Assembly: GCA_048885525.1 (NCBI GenBank)
Contig: JBHLLP010000002.1
Coordinates: forward strand, 32,001 to 96,000
Direction: 5' to 3'
Length of the DNA: 64,000 bases
Origin: Candidatus Hermodarchaeota archaeon
GTDB lineage: Archaea > Asgardarchaeota > Lokiarchaeia > Sigyniarchaeales > SOKP01
The stretch's first letter is position 1, and each line of letters begins with the position of its first letter. This document shows, piece by piece, positions 10,300 through 20,780 of this stretch. The notes beneath the pieces are model-generated. The model was not told where the DNA came from. It saw only the letters and a program-made list of their open reading frames with translations, and searched no databases. The position numbers were made by a program, and so were the translations under genes.

Positions 10300-11610
10300 T
10301 TATTTTTCTAAGTCGAGGATAAGATATTTTCTTGTGTAAAGGAACGCAATTATTAATATTAAAGAACAAATTGGACTCCAGATAATTAATCCCATTGAAT
10401 ATGAAAAGGAACCTACCGTAATTTGTGGTAACTCATTTAAAGCTCCTAATAAAAATACTCCAAGAGCTTGAAAAATGTTTAAAAAAATCGATGGAACGCC
10501 TGTATATGTTCCAGCTTTTAATTCTCCGGTGGTTCTTTCATCATATTCAGCTAGATCAGCAAAAATGACAGCAGGTAATAAATACCATCCCCCCAACGAT
10601 GCACCAATACCGAACATAAAGAGCAACCCTATTAATAAAAAATTATTTAAAGGTATTAATCCTAATAAGGTAATCGGAAGAATTAAAGCAGCCAAAATGT
10701 AAATAAATAGCATTGTTTGTTTCTTTCCGTATTTCTTTATTACTCTTCTCCAGATTTCAAGGAATATGATAATACAAAAGAAATTAAAGCTAAAAATTAA
10801 TAAATACTCACTTAGTTCTAAATTTAAAACCGATTCAAAAAAAGGGAGCATCTGAGTGGTTATTATAACCCATGCAATACTCGAAAGTCCAATCGTTATA
10901 GCAACGGCCATAAAATTCTTATTTTTTACACATATTATCAAAATTTCTTTAAGAGTTGATTTTATCTTAGTTCTAGGCTCTATTGGCATTAAGAAGGCAT
11001 TTAAACAAAAAAGAATAATAGTTAAAATACCAAAAAGGCATATGGGAATAATAAAAGAGAAAGGAAGAACATTCGGATTAGTAGAAATTTGATCAAAAAC
11101 TTGGGTTAAAACTAAGTAAGTATAACTCCAATAAAATAAAGTTCCTAACAAATTAAATGTATTCTGTATTTGAGAGACTTTTGGACGTTCATTTATATCA
11201 AACTGTTCAGCCATCCATGCTTGATATGGTACAATTATACCATAACTTGCCTTAAACAGAATTTCCCAGATTAACAACCATATGAAAATAATGACTTTAT
11301 TATCCATATCAGGTAATAATAACGAAGGTAACATCAGGAATATGAAAGAAAACCCAATAACAGGAGCAAAAATAATAATATATGGTTTTCTCCGACCCCA
11401 CTTTGTATATTTTCTATCACTAATCCATCCAAATAAAAATGAAAAAAATGCAATGCTAATATAGCCTATAGATAAGGCAAGCCCTACAAGAAAAGGAGTC
11501 ACTTGATATCCTATAGTATATAAGGCAAATACACTAAATCCCTCAATTCCAAGTACCATTGACAGCCCTATCCTGGGCATACCAAAAATAATAGCTTTTT
11601 TTATACCCAT
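10300..11610 (-). CDS. MFS/GPH (MelB-like) sugar symporter
   Basis: GWISDRKYTKWGRRKPY and ADLAEYDERTTGE..AG.Y motifs. Confidence 0.85.
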   Translation of the reverse strand: MGIKKAIIFGMPRIGLSMVLGIEGFSVFALYTIGYQVTPFLVGLALSIGYISIAFFSFLFGWISDRKYTKWGRRKPYIIIFAPVIGFSFIFLMLPSLLLPDMDNKVIIFIWLLIWEILFKASYGIIVPYQAWMAEQFDINERPKVSQIQNTFNLLGTLFYWSYTYLVLTQVFDQISTNPNVLPFSFIIPICLFGILTIILFCLNAFLMPIEPRTKIKSTLKEILIICVKNKNFMAVAITIGLSSIAWVIITTQMLPFFESVLNLELSEYLLIFSFNFFCIIIFLEIWRRVIKKYGKKQTMLFIYILAALILPITLLGLIPLNNFLLIGLLFMFGIGASLGGWYLLPAVIFADLAEYDERTTGELKAGTYTGVPSIFLNIFQALGVFLLGALNELPQITVGSFSYSMGLIIWSPICSLILIIAFLYTRKYLILDLEK

Positions 11611-11903
11611 AGGTAATACATCGATTTAAATGATTTATTTCGCTTGAAATTTTTAATGTTTTATCTATATAAAATGTTAATCCTTGTGTTCTTTTTTTCC
11701 AATTTTAACACTATATAAATAATTTTATACCCTTAAAATCTAAAGGACTTAAAAAAAGATTAATTTAAAAGATTAGTTTATATAACCTAGTGTAACTCAC
11801 AATTTAAATAATCAATTATTTATTTATTTCATAGATCTTATTTTATGATATAAAAACAAATTTATTATTAATTCATATTAAAATTTGGATTAAATATTAA
11901 ATA

Positions 11904-12902
11904 ATGGCAAAGAAAAAAAGCAATACAGATGAAGATAGTACGGATAAAGTTCTAAATTCAAAATCTTCTTACAGTTTAAAAGATTTGCCGGGAGTGGGAG
12001 ATGCAACTGTTAAAAAACTGATGGAAGCAGGAATTATATCTATAAGAACTCTCGCAATGTACCCATTGAGAAAATTAATGGATGAAGCAGGCATTGGTGA
12101 AAAAACAGCTGAAAAAATAATAAAAGTAGCACAAGATATAGAAAAAATGGGATTCAAGTCAGCTGATAAAATATGGGAGAAAAGAAAGGCTTTAAATAAA
12201 TTAACTACTGGTAGTCAAAATTTAGATGATTTATTAATCGGAGGGATTGAACCAGGCGCGGTTACAGAATTGTTTGGAGAATATCGAACTGGAAAAACGC
12301 AATTAACACATCAGTTATGTGTTAATGTACAATTATCTTATGAGGAAGGAGGTCTTGAAGGAGGAGCTTTATATATTGATACTGAAGGTACGTTTAGACC
12401 GGAAAGATTAATCCAGATGGCAATTGCAAAAGATTTGGATCATAATTTAATTTTAAAAAATATAACAGTCGGAAGAGCCTATAATAGTGATCATCAAATT
12501 TTACTAGCTAGAGAAGCTCCAAAAATCATAAATGAAAAAAATATCAAATTAATTATAGTAGATTCACTAATAGGACATTTTCGTAGTGAGTACGTAGGAA
12601 GAGGTACATTAGCAGAGCGTCAACAAATCATTAACACTCATATACACGATTTATTACGATTAACTGAAACATATGATGAATTAGCAGTAGTATTTACAAA
12701 TCAGGTATCTGCAAAACCAGACGTATTTTATGGTAATCCTTTAACACATACGGGGGGACATGTTGTTGCACACGGCGCTACAATTAGAATATACTTACGC
12801 AAGGGAAAAGGGGAACAAAGAATAGCCAAGGTTGTAGATGCACCACATATTCCTGAGAATGATGCGATATTTTCTATTACTGAAGATGGAATTACAGATT
12901 AA
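11904..12902 (+). CDS. radA: DNA repair and recombination protein RadA
   Basis: N-terminal HhH (DLPGVG), Walker A GEYRTGKT, YIDTEGTFRPER, IIVDS; no intein. Confidence 0.93.
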   Translation: MAKKKSNTDEDSTDKVLNSKSSYSLKDLPGVGDATVKKLMEAGIISIRTLAMYPLRKLMDEAGIGEKTAEKIIKVAQDIEKMGFKSADKIWEKRKALNKLTTGSQNLDDLLIGGIEPGAVTELFGEYRTGKTQLTHQLCVNVQLSYEEGGLEGGALYIDTEGTFRPERLIQMAIAKDLDHNLILKNITVGRAYNSDHQILLAREAPKIINEKNIKLIIVDSLIGHFRSEYVGRGTLAERQQIINTHIHDLLRLTETYDELAVVFTNQVSAKPDVFYGNPLTHTGGHVVAHGATIRIYLRKGKGEQRIAKVVDAPHIPENDAIFSITEDGITD

Positions 12903-12943
12903 TTTGTGTAAAGCTTTATTAATTTTATAATTTAAAGAAAAAA

Positions 12944-13381
12944 TTAATAATCAAGATTGACATTAATTTCAATTCCTTTTCTTAAGGATTCTGATATTAT
13001 GCAATATTGTTCAAAAAATCTTTGACATTGATCTGCTCTTTTACGCATTTCAGGGTTTTTTATTATTGGTTCGATATTAACATCGATCTTTTTTATTCTC
13101 CAAAAATCTTTATCATTACGAGCAATTATAACTTCAGCGCTTCCATTAAGATCTGATAAAATGAAACCTGTTTTTTGCAAACAAAATTCAAAACTTAAAC
13201 TTAAACAACTTAGAATAGATAAAGCTAATAATTTTGCAGGAGAGGGTCCTATTTTCTCTTTGATATTTTTACGACTTTCGTCAATATATAAACTTTGCAT
13301 TTTAATTCCTCCAAGATCACATCTATATATCATCTCTTCTTCCTTTTTTAAGCTTACTTTAGGTCTTAATTCGTGAGACAT
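12944..13381 (-). CDS. OsmC/Ohr family protein
   Basis: GPSPAKLL...SC and YCIISESL conserved Cys pair. Confidence 0.85.
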   Translation of the reverse strand: MSHELRPKVSLKKEEEMIYRCDLGGIKMQSLYIDESRKNIKEKIGPSPAKLLALSILSCLSLSFEFCLQKTGFILSDLNGSAEVIIARNDKDFWRIKKIDVNIEPIIKNPEMRKRADQCQRFFEQYCIISESLRKGIEINVNLDY

Positions 13382-13421
13382 ATGAAATCACTGTTCTTTT
13401 TTATTTTTCAATTTAAAAAAA

Positions 13422-13889
13422 TTATAAATTAAGATTAACATTAACCTCGATTCCTGCTCTGACACTTTGTGTTACTATACAATATTGCTCAAAGAAGTTA
13501 ACTCCGTTGCTTGTTTCTTTAAGGCATTGCTTTGCTCTTTTAAGTGCCTCAGGGTCGGTAATTGTAGGATCTACTTCAACGTTGATATTTTTTATTCTCC
13601 AAAATCCTTTTTCATTTCTCATAATAGTCACTTCCGCTTCTGCCTTAAAATCATCTACATGTAAATTTCTTTTCTTCAAACAAAAGATAAAACTGGCGCT
13701 TAGGCAGCCAGTGACTCCCAAAGCTAAAAGCCTTGAAGGATTTGGTCCAAGCATATCCACTTCTTCATGATGTTCTTCATCAATATAACAATCTTTAACC
13801 TTCATATTGCCTAAATCGCATTTAAAAATCATTTGCGATTCAGATTCACCTAGTTTAATACCAACTTTAGTTTTTATTTCATTCGAAAT
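13422..13889 (-). CDS. OsmC/Ohr family protein (start ATT 13889 or GTG 13898)
   Basis: GPNPSRLL...GC and YCIVTQSV; the track's GTG lies inside the GGTGA SD motif, and ATT-S-N-E aligns with paralog M-S-H-E. Confidence 0.82.
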   Translation of the reverse strand: MSNEIKTKVGIKLGESESQMIFKCDLGNMKVKDCYIDEEHHEEVDMLGPNPSRLLALGVTGCLSASFIFCLKKRNLHVDDFKAEAEVTIMRNEKGFWRIKNINVEVDPTITDPEALKRAKQCLKETSNGVNFFEQYCIVTQSVRAGIEVNVNLNL

Positions 13890-13910
13890 AAGAATCACCC
13901 TATTAGTATA

Positions 13911-14426
13911 TCATTTAGAGCTTAAATTTTTAAAAAGAGAGAATAAATTTTCTTTTTTTGACTTGTCATCTCTAATTTCTTGGAATAATTGTTCAATTTC
14001 AGCTAATTTTATTTTGTAATACTTCAAATCCTCCTTGATTTCTGATTGAATTATTGATAATTGAAAAGAATCATTCATTTTACATGCAGTCTTAACAAAT
14101 TTTAAACATTGATTAATTCTTTCATAAACTATAGCATCATCAAATAATTTATCGACTATGATATTAATTTGATTAACTAGCCAATCTCCGCTTTCTTTTT
14201 TCATAATATGCAATTGAACTTTAGGAAAATCTAATTCTTGTCTATTAATTCTCAAGCAATTAACTAAACTTGCGTTTAGGCAATTTATTATTGTCTTACT
14301 GTTAATTATTGGATCATGTGTAGTTAACAAGTTAATATCTTCTTCATTTAGTTCTTCAAGAATACAACTATATAAGTTAGTATCATTTAAATCACAATTA
14401 AATACTTTTATCTCATTCTGATTCAA
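13911..14426 (-). CDS. Divergent OsmC-like paralog with C-terminal helical extension
   Basis: CLNASLVNCL, GDWLVNQINI, NQCL...AC align with the two downstream OsmC proteins. Confidence 0.6.
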   Translation of the reverse strand: MNQNEIKVFNCDLNDTNLYSCILEELNEEDINLLTTHDPIINSKTIINCLNASLVNCLRINRQELDFPKVQLHIMKKESGDWLVNQINIIVDKLFDDAIVYERINQCLKFVKTACKMNDSFQLSIIQSEIKEDLKYYKIKLAEIEQLFQEIRDDKSKKENLFSLFKNLSSK

Positions 14427-14507
14427 AGCTATCCACTTAAGAGATGATTTTTTTATTTTCTTTAGATTAAATAATTAAAAGTTTTACAAAAACTTTTTAA
14501 TTTTGAT

Positions 14508-15116
14508 TTAAAAGCTAGATTTCGTATTATTTTTTTCAATTTTTTTTAAAACAAAATGACGATGTAAATGAAAATAAAAACCAAGAAAATATAATAAAAT
14601 TAAAAAAATATATTGTGGAGCAAAAATAGTAATAAATATTATCATTAAAACAAAACTTATAACTTCTATTCCAATACATATTTTATTACCGTAATATTTC
14701 TCATCAAAAAAGGAAGCTGGTACTTTATAATTAGCTAAGTATTTTGATAAATTTTCGGTTTCTTCTTTTGAAATTAATAACTTTAATCCAACTAGCTTAT
14801 TTTGAAAATAAAAGAAGTTTGTGCCCCAATCAGTAGTATCAATAATGATATGCAATGCATAACTATAACCAATAAAAATTAAAACTGACCATCTCAAAAT
14901 ATACCCAATAATAATAATTAGTATACTTGGAATTATAGAGTGAGTTATCAATAATCTATGATTATTGTCTTTTGCAAATTTGGATAAAAAGACATCAAAA
15001 TCACAAATAAAGGAAAAAAGAACAATAGCTATAAATTCTAATATTGTAAAATTAAAGAAATAATCTAAAACTGATGTAATGATGACTCCAATTGCCATAT
15101 GAACATTAATATGCAT
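14508..15116 (-). CDS. Membrane-bound metal-dependent hydrolase (YdjM-like)
   Basis: H near N-terminus, DFD, HR.LITHS, HIIID motifs in a hydrophobic protein. Confidence 0.75.
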   Translation of the reverse strand: MHINVHMAIGVIITSVLDYFFNFTILEFIAIVLFSFICDFDVFLSKFAKDNNHRLLITHSIIPSILIIIIGYILRWSVLIFIGYSYALHIIIDTTDWGTNFFYFQNKLVGLKLLISKEETENLSKYLANYKVPASFFDEKYYGNKICIGIEVISFVLMIIFITIFAPQYIFLILLYFLGFYFHLHRHFVLKKIEKNNTKSSF

Positions 15117-15134
15117 GATAAATATAGAATATAG

Positions 15135-16118
15135 TTAATTGACATATTTCTTTTTCATTACTCTTTTTAAGACTCTACTTTTTGTCTCAAAACCCGCAGG
15201 ACCTTTTTTTTCTATCAAGAAAGAAGCTGCAGAGGATGCTAAAAGAGCAGCTTTTTCAATTGATTCCCAAGATTTATCAGAATGAATAAATTCATATAAA
15301 AATATTGAAAAATATACATCACCAGCACCAGTTTCATCCATAATTTTCTTGGGTTTGAAAGCGGGTATTTTCAATATTTTTTCTCCTTTTTTTGTGAGCA
15401 TGGACCCCTTTTCTCCCAATGTCATAATATAAATTCCATAGTTATCATAATTATTGCAGTGAGTCATTACTTTTTCAAACTCATCATATTCACCAGCAAG
15501 AAGTTTCATTTCTTCCTCTGATCCTTTTAATATCAACCTATCTCCAATTAACTCAATTATATTCTTTATATTAGAGATTATTTCATTATCATAAATGTAT
15601 GTAACTTTACCAGTCTCATCTATTTTTCTAATAAAACCTTGCAAATCTATACCGATAAATGCTCTAGGGAATTTTTTTAAGATTTGTATTATATATTCAT
15701 AAGATATTTCATTACATAACGGAACAAATACAAAAATATCAGGTGGATCATTAAGATATTCTAAAGGTATATCTTTAAAATTAAGATTAGGGCTTTTAGA
15801 TTTGAGAGTCAAAGTCCTAGCATGATCGAAGTAATCTAAAACGAAATTTGTGTTCTTTACTTGAGAATATTTAATTCCTCTTAAATCAATATCTTTATTT
15901 TTAATTTTTTCTAATAAAGAATCATCAAAGTTCAACGTACCAATATGAGAAATTATACCAATATTTACATCTTTGGTATAAGTTCTTAATGATAAAGAAC
16001 AATATGTTACACTTCCTCCCAAACTTGGTTTATTCTTTAATAGAAATCGGATAATATTATCAATCGAAAAATGGCCAGTAAAGAAAATTGTTTTATGGTT
16101 ATGGTTTTGATAAGTCAT
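15135..16118 (-). CDS. PfkB family carbohydrate kinase
   Basis: LGGS, TLGEKG and DETGAGD signature. Confidence 0.9.
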   Translation of the reverse strand: MTYQNHNHKTIFFTGHFSIDNIIRFLLKNKPSLGGSVTYCSLSLRTYTKDVNIGIISHIGTLNFDDSLLEKIKNKDIDLRGIKYSQVKNTNFVLDYFDHARTLTLKSKSPNLNFKDIPLEYLNDPPDIFVFVPLCNEISYEYIIQILKKFPRAFIGIDLQGFIRKIDETGKVTYIYDNEIISNIKNIIELIGDRLILKGSEEEMKLLAGEYDEFEKVMTHCNNYDNYGIYIMTLGEKGSMLTKKGEKILKIPAFKPKKIMDETGAGDVYFSIFLYEFIHSDKSWESIEKAALLASSAASFLIEKKGPAGFETKSRVLKRVMKKKYVN

Positions 16119-17246
16119 TTAAGTCGATCTTAATTCTTCAATAATTTTATTTTTTTCTTCTATTGCTATTTTTAATTTATTTATTCTACTTTGTAAATCT
16201 TCTACTAAATCTGACATCGGACCCTCATGAACTATAGATTCGGGTTTCTCAATTGCTTTTAGTTCTGCTATCAAGTGATCCTTTTCATTCAATTGTTCTT
16301 GCAATTTAGCAATTTGTTTTCCAAGGTTGCTAATTTGTGGAGTAGATACAGATTCTTGTGATTTCTCCTGCAATGATCTTTGTATTTTTGCTAGTTCAGT
16401 TTTTAAGTCTTCATTCTCTTTCTTAAGTTCTTTTATTTCATTAGGCTCTAATTTGAATCCCCTGCTTTCAACTGTTACTTGAAGTTCAGCTTTTTCTTTA
16501 TTTAATACATCCACAATTCGCTTATATCTATTTAAATCTGATTGAAGATCTTGACATAATAGTTCTAATGTTTGTGATGAGGATTGTGTTGATTTTGGTC
16601 TTATAACAGGAGACTCAGGCGGTTCTACGGGAATAACATAATCAATTGGTAATTTTTTCATTTTTTCTATTAATTGTTCACTCAACGCTTCATTTTCTTC
16701 AGTTAGATCGTTAATTTTTTTTTCTAGTTCATCAATCTGTACCTTCTTTTTAGATAAATCAGATTTCAAACCATCAATCAAAGCGGTGGTTACTTCAGAA
16801 TTTCTTTCAGTGAAGGAACTGCTTATTGATTCAGATGTTCTTGAAGCCACTTCTAATTTCGTTTTTAATTCAGTAATTTCAAGATTTCTTGCCCTTAATT
16901 CTACTTCTTTTTCAGATAGATCTTTTTCTAAGCGGATTATTTGATTATTAAGTTCTGCATTTTGTTGTTGAATTTCATCTACAATTCTTCCACTAATCAT
17001 CCCTGCTTGGTTTAACTGTTCTTTTAATCTCTTATTCTCTTCAATAGTATTCTTAACAATTTTTTCCGTCTTGCTTATTAATTCTACATTTTCTTGTATT
17101 TTATTTCTTAATTGTTCATTCTCTTCTTCGATTTCTTTTATTCTATCTATCGTATCTCCAAGGACATTGGGTTTTTTGATTTCATTTTCCATCTTTTTTC
17201 TCCATAAACTTATGAAATCCTCAACTTTCTCATTATCTTCTGGCAT
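16119..17246 (-). CDS. Long coiled-coil protein
   Basis: E/K/L heptads throughout, broken by Pro/Ser linkers; three related internal segments. Confidence 0.75.
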   Translation of the reverse strand: MPEDNEKVEDFISLWRKKMENEIKKPNVLGDTIDRIKEIEEENEQLRNKIQENVELISKTEKIVKNTIEENKRLKEQLNQAGMISGRIVDEIQQQNAELNNQIIRLEKDLSEKEVELRARNLEITELKTKLEVASRTSESISSSFTERNSEVTTALIDGLKSDLSKKKVQIDELEKKINDLTEENEALSEQLIEKMKKLPIDYVIPVEPPESPVIRPKSTQSSSQTLELLCQDLQSDLNRYKRIVDVLNKEKAELQVTVESRGFKLEPNEIKELKKENEDLKTELAKIQRSLQEKSQESVSTPQISNLGKQIAKLQEQLNEKDHLIAELKAIEKPESIVHEGPMSDLVEDLQSRINKLKIAIEEKNKIIEELRST

Positions 17247-17303
17247 TTTAATTCTAGACTTTTTTTTACCCTAATTTTTGTATTTTAAATTAATTTATTA
17301 ATT

Positions 17304-18188
17304 TTATTTCATTAGCACTCCTGAAAAATATCCTACACAATATCCACTAATACTTCCAGTTTTTTCAGAACTTGTATAATATTGTAGTAGTTTACCTTTA
17401 CTTGCATCTAAATTTTTACAAATCATAATTAAGGATGTAATTGTCTGAGCTCCGCATACAGTTGTTTTTGAAGCAGCTTCAAATGTTTTCTCAGGGTTAA
17501 GATCAATAAACGCATCAATTACTTTTCGATCCCCTTCCTTAAATTTCTCCAATTGCTTAGAATCATAAACTTCTTTATGAGTCATATCAGAAGAAGCAAT
17601 TATAACCACATCTTTGTTATAGGAATTAATAACTTCTGCGATATCGGTTGATAATCTACTCATAACACCAATATCCTTAGTTGCAACTTTTATTGGTATA
17701 AAGCTAATGTTTTTTTCTTGAGCACAGTATTTAATAAATGGTAATTGTACTTCGATATTATGTTCTCTTCCAAAAGGGAATCCAATAAATGCAGATTCAT
17801 CCCTTATAATTATTTCACTATTATCTAAAATCTTATTAGATAGTTCATTATTAATGGCAATATTCCCCAATGGAGTTTCCCATTCTCCCTCATCCATTAA
17901 TGCAACTTTTCCATAACCAATATGATCAGTTCCTAAGACAATAACTGTATCAGGGATTTTTTCTTTGAATAAATTCAAAAAAGTAAATGCTGCGGTACAA
18001 CCAGAGTAAACATATCCTGCATGAGGTGAAACCCCACCTATAATAGTTCTCTTATCTTTATTTAAAGACTTAAAATCTTCGCCTGGACCAAATTCTTTAT
18101 CTAAAAAGGATTTTCTTATTAAATTTATTAAATCTGGTTTATAACGTGGATAAAAACTTCCAGCCACAGCTGCCCGTCGAGTAACCAT
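17304..18188 (-). CDS. MEMO1 family protein (AmmeMemoRadiSam protein B-like)
   Basis: R.AAVAGSFYP, PHAGYVYSG, WETPLG, EHNIEVQLPF, SSDMTH, CG. Confidence 0.93.
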   Translation of the reverse strand: MVTRRAAVAGSFYPRYKPDLINLIRKSFLDKEFGPGEDFKSLNKDKRTIIGGVSPHAGYVYSGCTAAFTFLNLFKEKIPDTVIVLGTDHIGYGKVALMDEGEWETPLGNIAINNELSNKILDNSEIIIRDESAFIGFPFGREHNIEVQLPFIKYCAQEKNISFIPIKVATKDIGVMSRLSTDIAEVINSYNKDVVIIASSDMTHKEVYDSKQLEKFKEGDRKVIDAFIDLNPEKTFEAASKTTVCGAQTITSLIMICKNLDASKGKLLQYYTSSEKTGSISGYCVGYFSGVLMK

Positions 18189-18307
18189 ATTTTATCATAT
18201 CTATTTTTTAGTTATACTATTAAGATCATTAATGTTGAAATTTATATAATTTCATCTAATTGGAGTAAAATTGAAAGAATTATTAAGTTATTTTAAATAT
18301 CTCTTTA

Positions 18308-18904
18308 ATGATGAATCAAACAAATGATGAACAAGTCTCTCTTGATGATATTGAAATACCAGATAAAATTCCAGCAAAGTTCATCAATTCTAGAGTGATA
18401 GTCTTCAACCCTTTGTATGCCTCGTATTTGTATGTAAAAAAAGGTTTTTTTGGTTCCCCATTGGGAATAAACAAGCCTAGATTAGAATATTTTTCCAAAC
18501 CAAGCGAATTATCTTTAATAGAAGCCTATTATTTATTGGAAAAGAATCAAATAACAATTTATGATGTAAAGGAGAAGAATTTTTTAAACTCTGAGAAATT
18601 TCATGAGATTGCTAAAAAAACTCATCATAAATTTGAAGAAAAGTATATTATTTACAAAGATTTAAGAGAAAGAGGATACATCCCTAGACCTGGACTTAAA
18701 TTTGGAGCCGATTTTGTTGTCTATAAAAAAGGCCCTGGGCTTGAACATTCCCTTTTTATGGTTCATGTCTTACCACATGATTCTGAGATTACTGCTATTG
18801 ATATGGTAAGAGCTGGTCGCTTGGCAACATCTGTTAGAAAAAGATTTGTAATAGCGAATCCACTTACATGTAGCTATTACTTTTTTGAATGGTTTAAACC
18901 ATAA
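18308..18904 (+). CDS. endA: tRNA-splicing endonuclease (single catalytic unit)
   Basis: LSLIEAYYL, YKDLRERG, GLKFGADF.VY, HS, RLATSVRK (Tyr/His/Lys triad present). Confidence 0.92.
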   Translation: MMNQTNDEQVSLDDIEIPDKIPAKFINSRVIVFNPLYASYLYVKKGFFGSPLGINKPRLEYFSKPSELSLIEAYYLLEKNQITIYDVKEKNFLNSEKFHEIAKKTHHKFEEKYIIYKDLRERGYIPRPGLKFGADFVVYKKGPGLEHSLFMVHVLPHDSEITAIDMVRAGRLATSVRKRFVIANPLTCSYYFFEWFKP

Positions 18905-18932
18905 TATTCAAAAAATTTAATGTTTAGATATA

Positions 18933-20756
18933 CTAAATAGATTGTATTCTTATTTTATGTATAAGTTTATTTTTTATTTCTTCAAGCTGTTGGAACTCAT
19001 CATTTGGTACCATTTGGCTGATACGTAAAATAGAGGTTGTAAGGTCTGGATCTAATATATCTTTAATTAACTTTCCTTGTTTTATTAGGTTTTTACCTTC
19101 TTTGTATAAAATAAGGATGATTTTGATTAAACCTAATAATTTTGTTATATTAGTATGATTGTCAATCTCATCATATGCATTTTGAATTAAAAATCCATTT
19201 TTTATCATTTTTGCTATAAAGAGTGTTAATTGCTGGTCTTCTAGTAAATTTTTATCTCCAGCTAACTGAATTACATGCTCTAAATCTTGTTCTTGAGATA
19301 AAATTTCGTTAACTAGTTTTCTACATTCTGACCACTCAATTTCTATTTCTGGCCAATCAATATCTCTCTCATACCACCAATCTGCAATAAATTGAGGGTA
19401 ATTTGAATATGAATTATTCCAATTAATGGCAGGATAATGCTTTAAATATGCCAATTTTGGATCTAACGCCCAAAAAGTTTGAACTAATCGTTTAGTTGTT
19501 GAGGTAACTGGTTCACTAAAATCTCCCGCTGGAGGAGAAATTGTACCTACAATAGTTATTGAACCATTTCTCTCATTTCCTTTTTGATCCGTCCCCAAAG
19601 TTTTAACAAAACCAGCTCTTTCATAAAAACTTGACAATTTCGATGGTAGGTAGGCAGGATATCCTTCTTCAGCGGGCATTTCTTCTAATAATCCCGAAAT
19701 TTCTCGTAAAGATTCAGCCCATCTTGATATACTATCCGCAAGAACAACAACATCATAACCCATGTCCCTATAATATTCTGCAATTGTTACTCCAGAAAAT
19801 AAGCTAGCTTCCCGAGCAGAAACTGGCATATTAGAAGTATTAGCCATAAGTATAATTCGGTCTGACAAAGTTCTTCCACTTTTAGAGTCTATTATTTCAG
19901 AGAATTCCTTCATTATATTAGCAATTTCGTTTCCTGGTTCGCCGCAACCAACATATACAATCAAATCTGCTCTACACCATTTAGCTAACATTTGTTGGAT
20001 AACAGTTTTTCCTGTTCCAAAACCACCCGGAATTGCTGTCGTTCCTCCTTTAGCGATTGGAAATAATAAATCAATAGTGCGAATTCCGGTAATTAATGGT
20101 TCTATAGGATTTAATCTCTTATTATATGGACGTCTTTTTGTAATCGGCCACTTTTGTAACATCGCAAATGATTTTTCTTCATGTTTCAGTTTTATTCTAA
20201 ATATCTCATCAATGATCGTATAAGTACCTTCATTTACAATAAAGGAAAGGGTTCCGGTAATATTAGGAGGGACCATGATTCTGTGTTCTATAGATGAAGT
20301 TTCTTGGACAGCTCCAATTATATCCCCATTTTCAACTTTGTCATTAATTTTTCTTAATGGTTTAAAATACCATTTTTTGCTTCTTGAGATAGAAGGATAT
20401 TGTATACCTCTTTCTAACATTCCAGAAAGGATATCCTCAAAAACTATTCCTAAAGGTCTCTGTAATCCATCGAACACATTTGAAAGAAGGCCAGGAGCCA
20501 ATTCCATGGAAAGAGGTTCATTCAAACTAATAACGTCATCATAGAGTTTCAAGTTTGTAGTATTTTCGAAACATTGAGCAACAATATGGTCTGAATAAAT
20601 TTGGATTACTTCACCCAAAATGTTATATTTAGTAATTTTAATTAAATCATGAAGACGAGTTTGATTTTCTAGTCCTTTGACTTTAATCAATGATCCTATG
20701 ATTGCTGAGATATATCCACAATTGAATTTCTTTTTTGAATCATTTTGATTAAGCAT
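18933..20756 (-). CDS. atpA: A/V-type ATPase subunit A, second copy (GER->GEP)
   Basis: GGFGTGKT, NTSNMPVSARE, EEMPAEEGYPAYL; GCGEPGNE replaces GCGERGNE. Confidence 0.92.
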   Translation of the reverse strand: MLNQNDSKKKFNCGYISAIIGSLIKVKGLENQTRLHDLIKITKYNILGEVIQIYSDHIVAQCFENTTNLKLYDDVISLNEPLSMELAPGLLSNVFDGLQRPLGIVFEDILSGMLERGIQYPSISRSKKWYFKPLRKINDKVENGDIIGAVQETSSIEHRIMVPPNITGTLSFIVNEGTYTIIDEIFRIKLKHEEKSFAMLQKWPITKRRPYNKRLNPIEPLITGIRTIDLLFPIAKGGTTAIPGGFGTGKTVIQQMLAKWCRADLIVYVGCGEPGNEIANIMKEFSEIIDSKSGRTLSDRIILMANTSNMPVSAREASLFSGVTIAEYYRDMGYDVVVLADSISRWAESLREISGLLEEMPAEEGYPAYLPSKLSSFYERAGFVKTLGTDQKGNERNGSITIVGTISPPAGDFSEPVTSTTKRLVQTFWALDPKLAYLKHYPAINWNNSYSNYPQFIADWWYERDIDWPEIEIEWSECRKLVNEILSQEQDLEHVIQLAGDKNLLEDQQLTLFIAKMIKNGFLIQNAYDEIDNHTNITKLLGLIKIILILYKEGKNLIKQGKLIKDILDPDLTTSILRISQMVPNDEFQQLEEIKNKLIHKIRIQSI

Positions 20757-20780
20757 TTAACATCATATAATTCAATTAAC

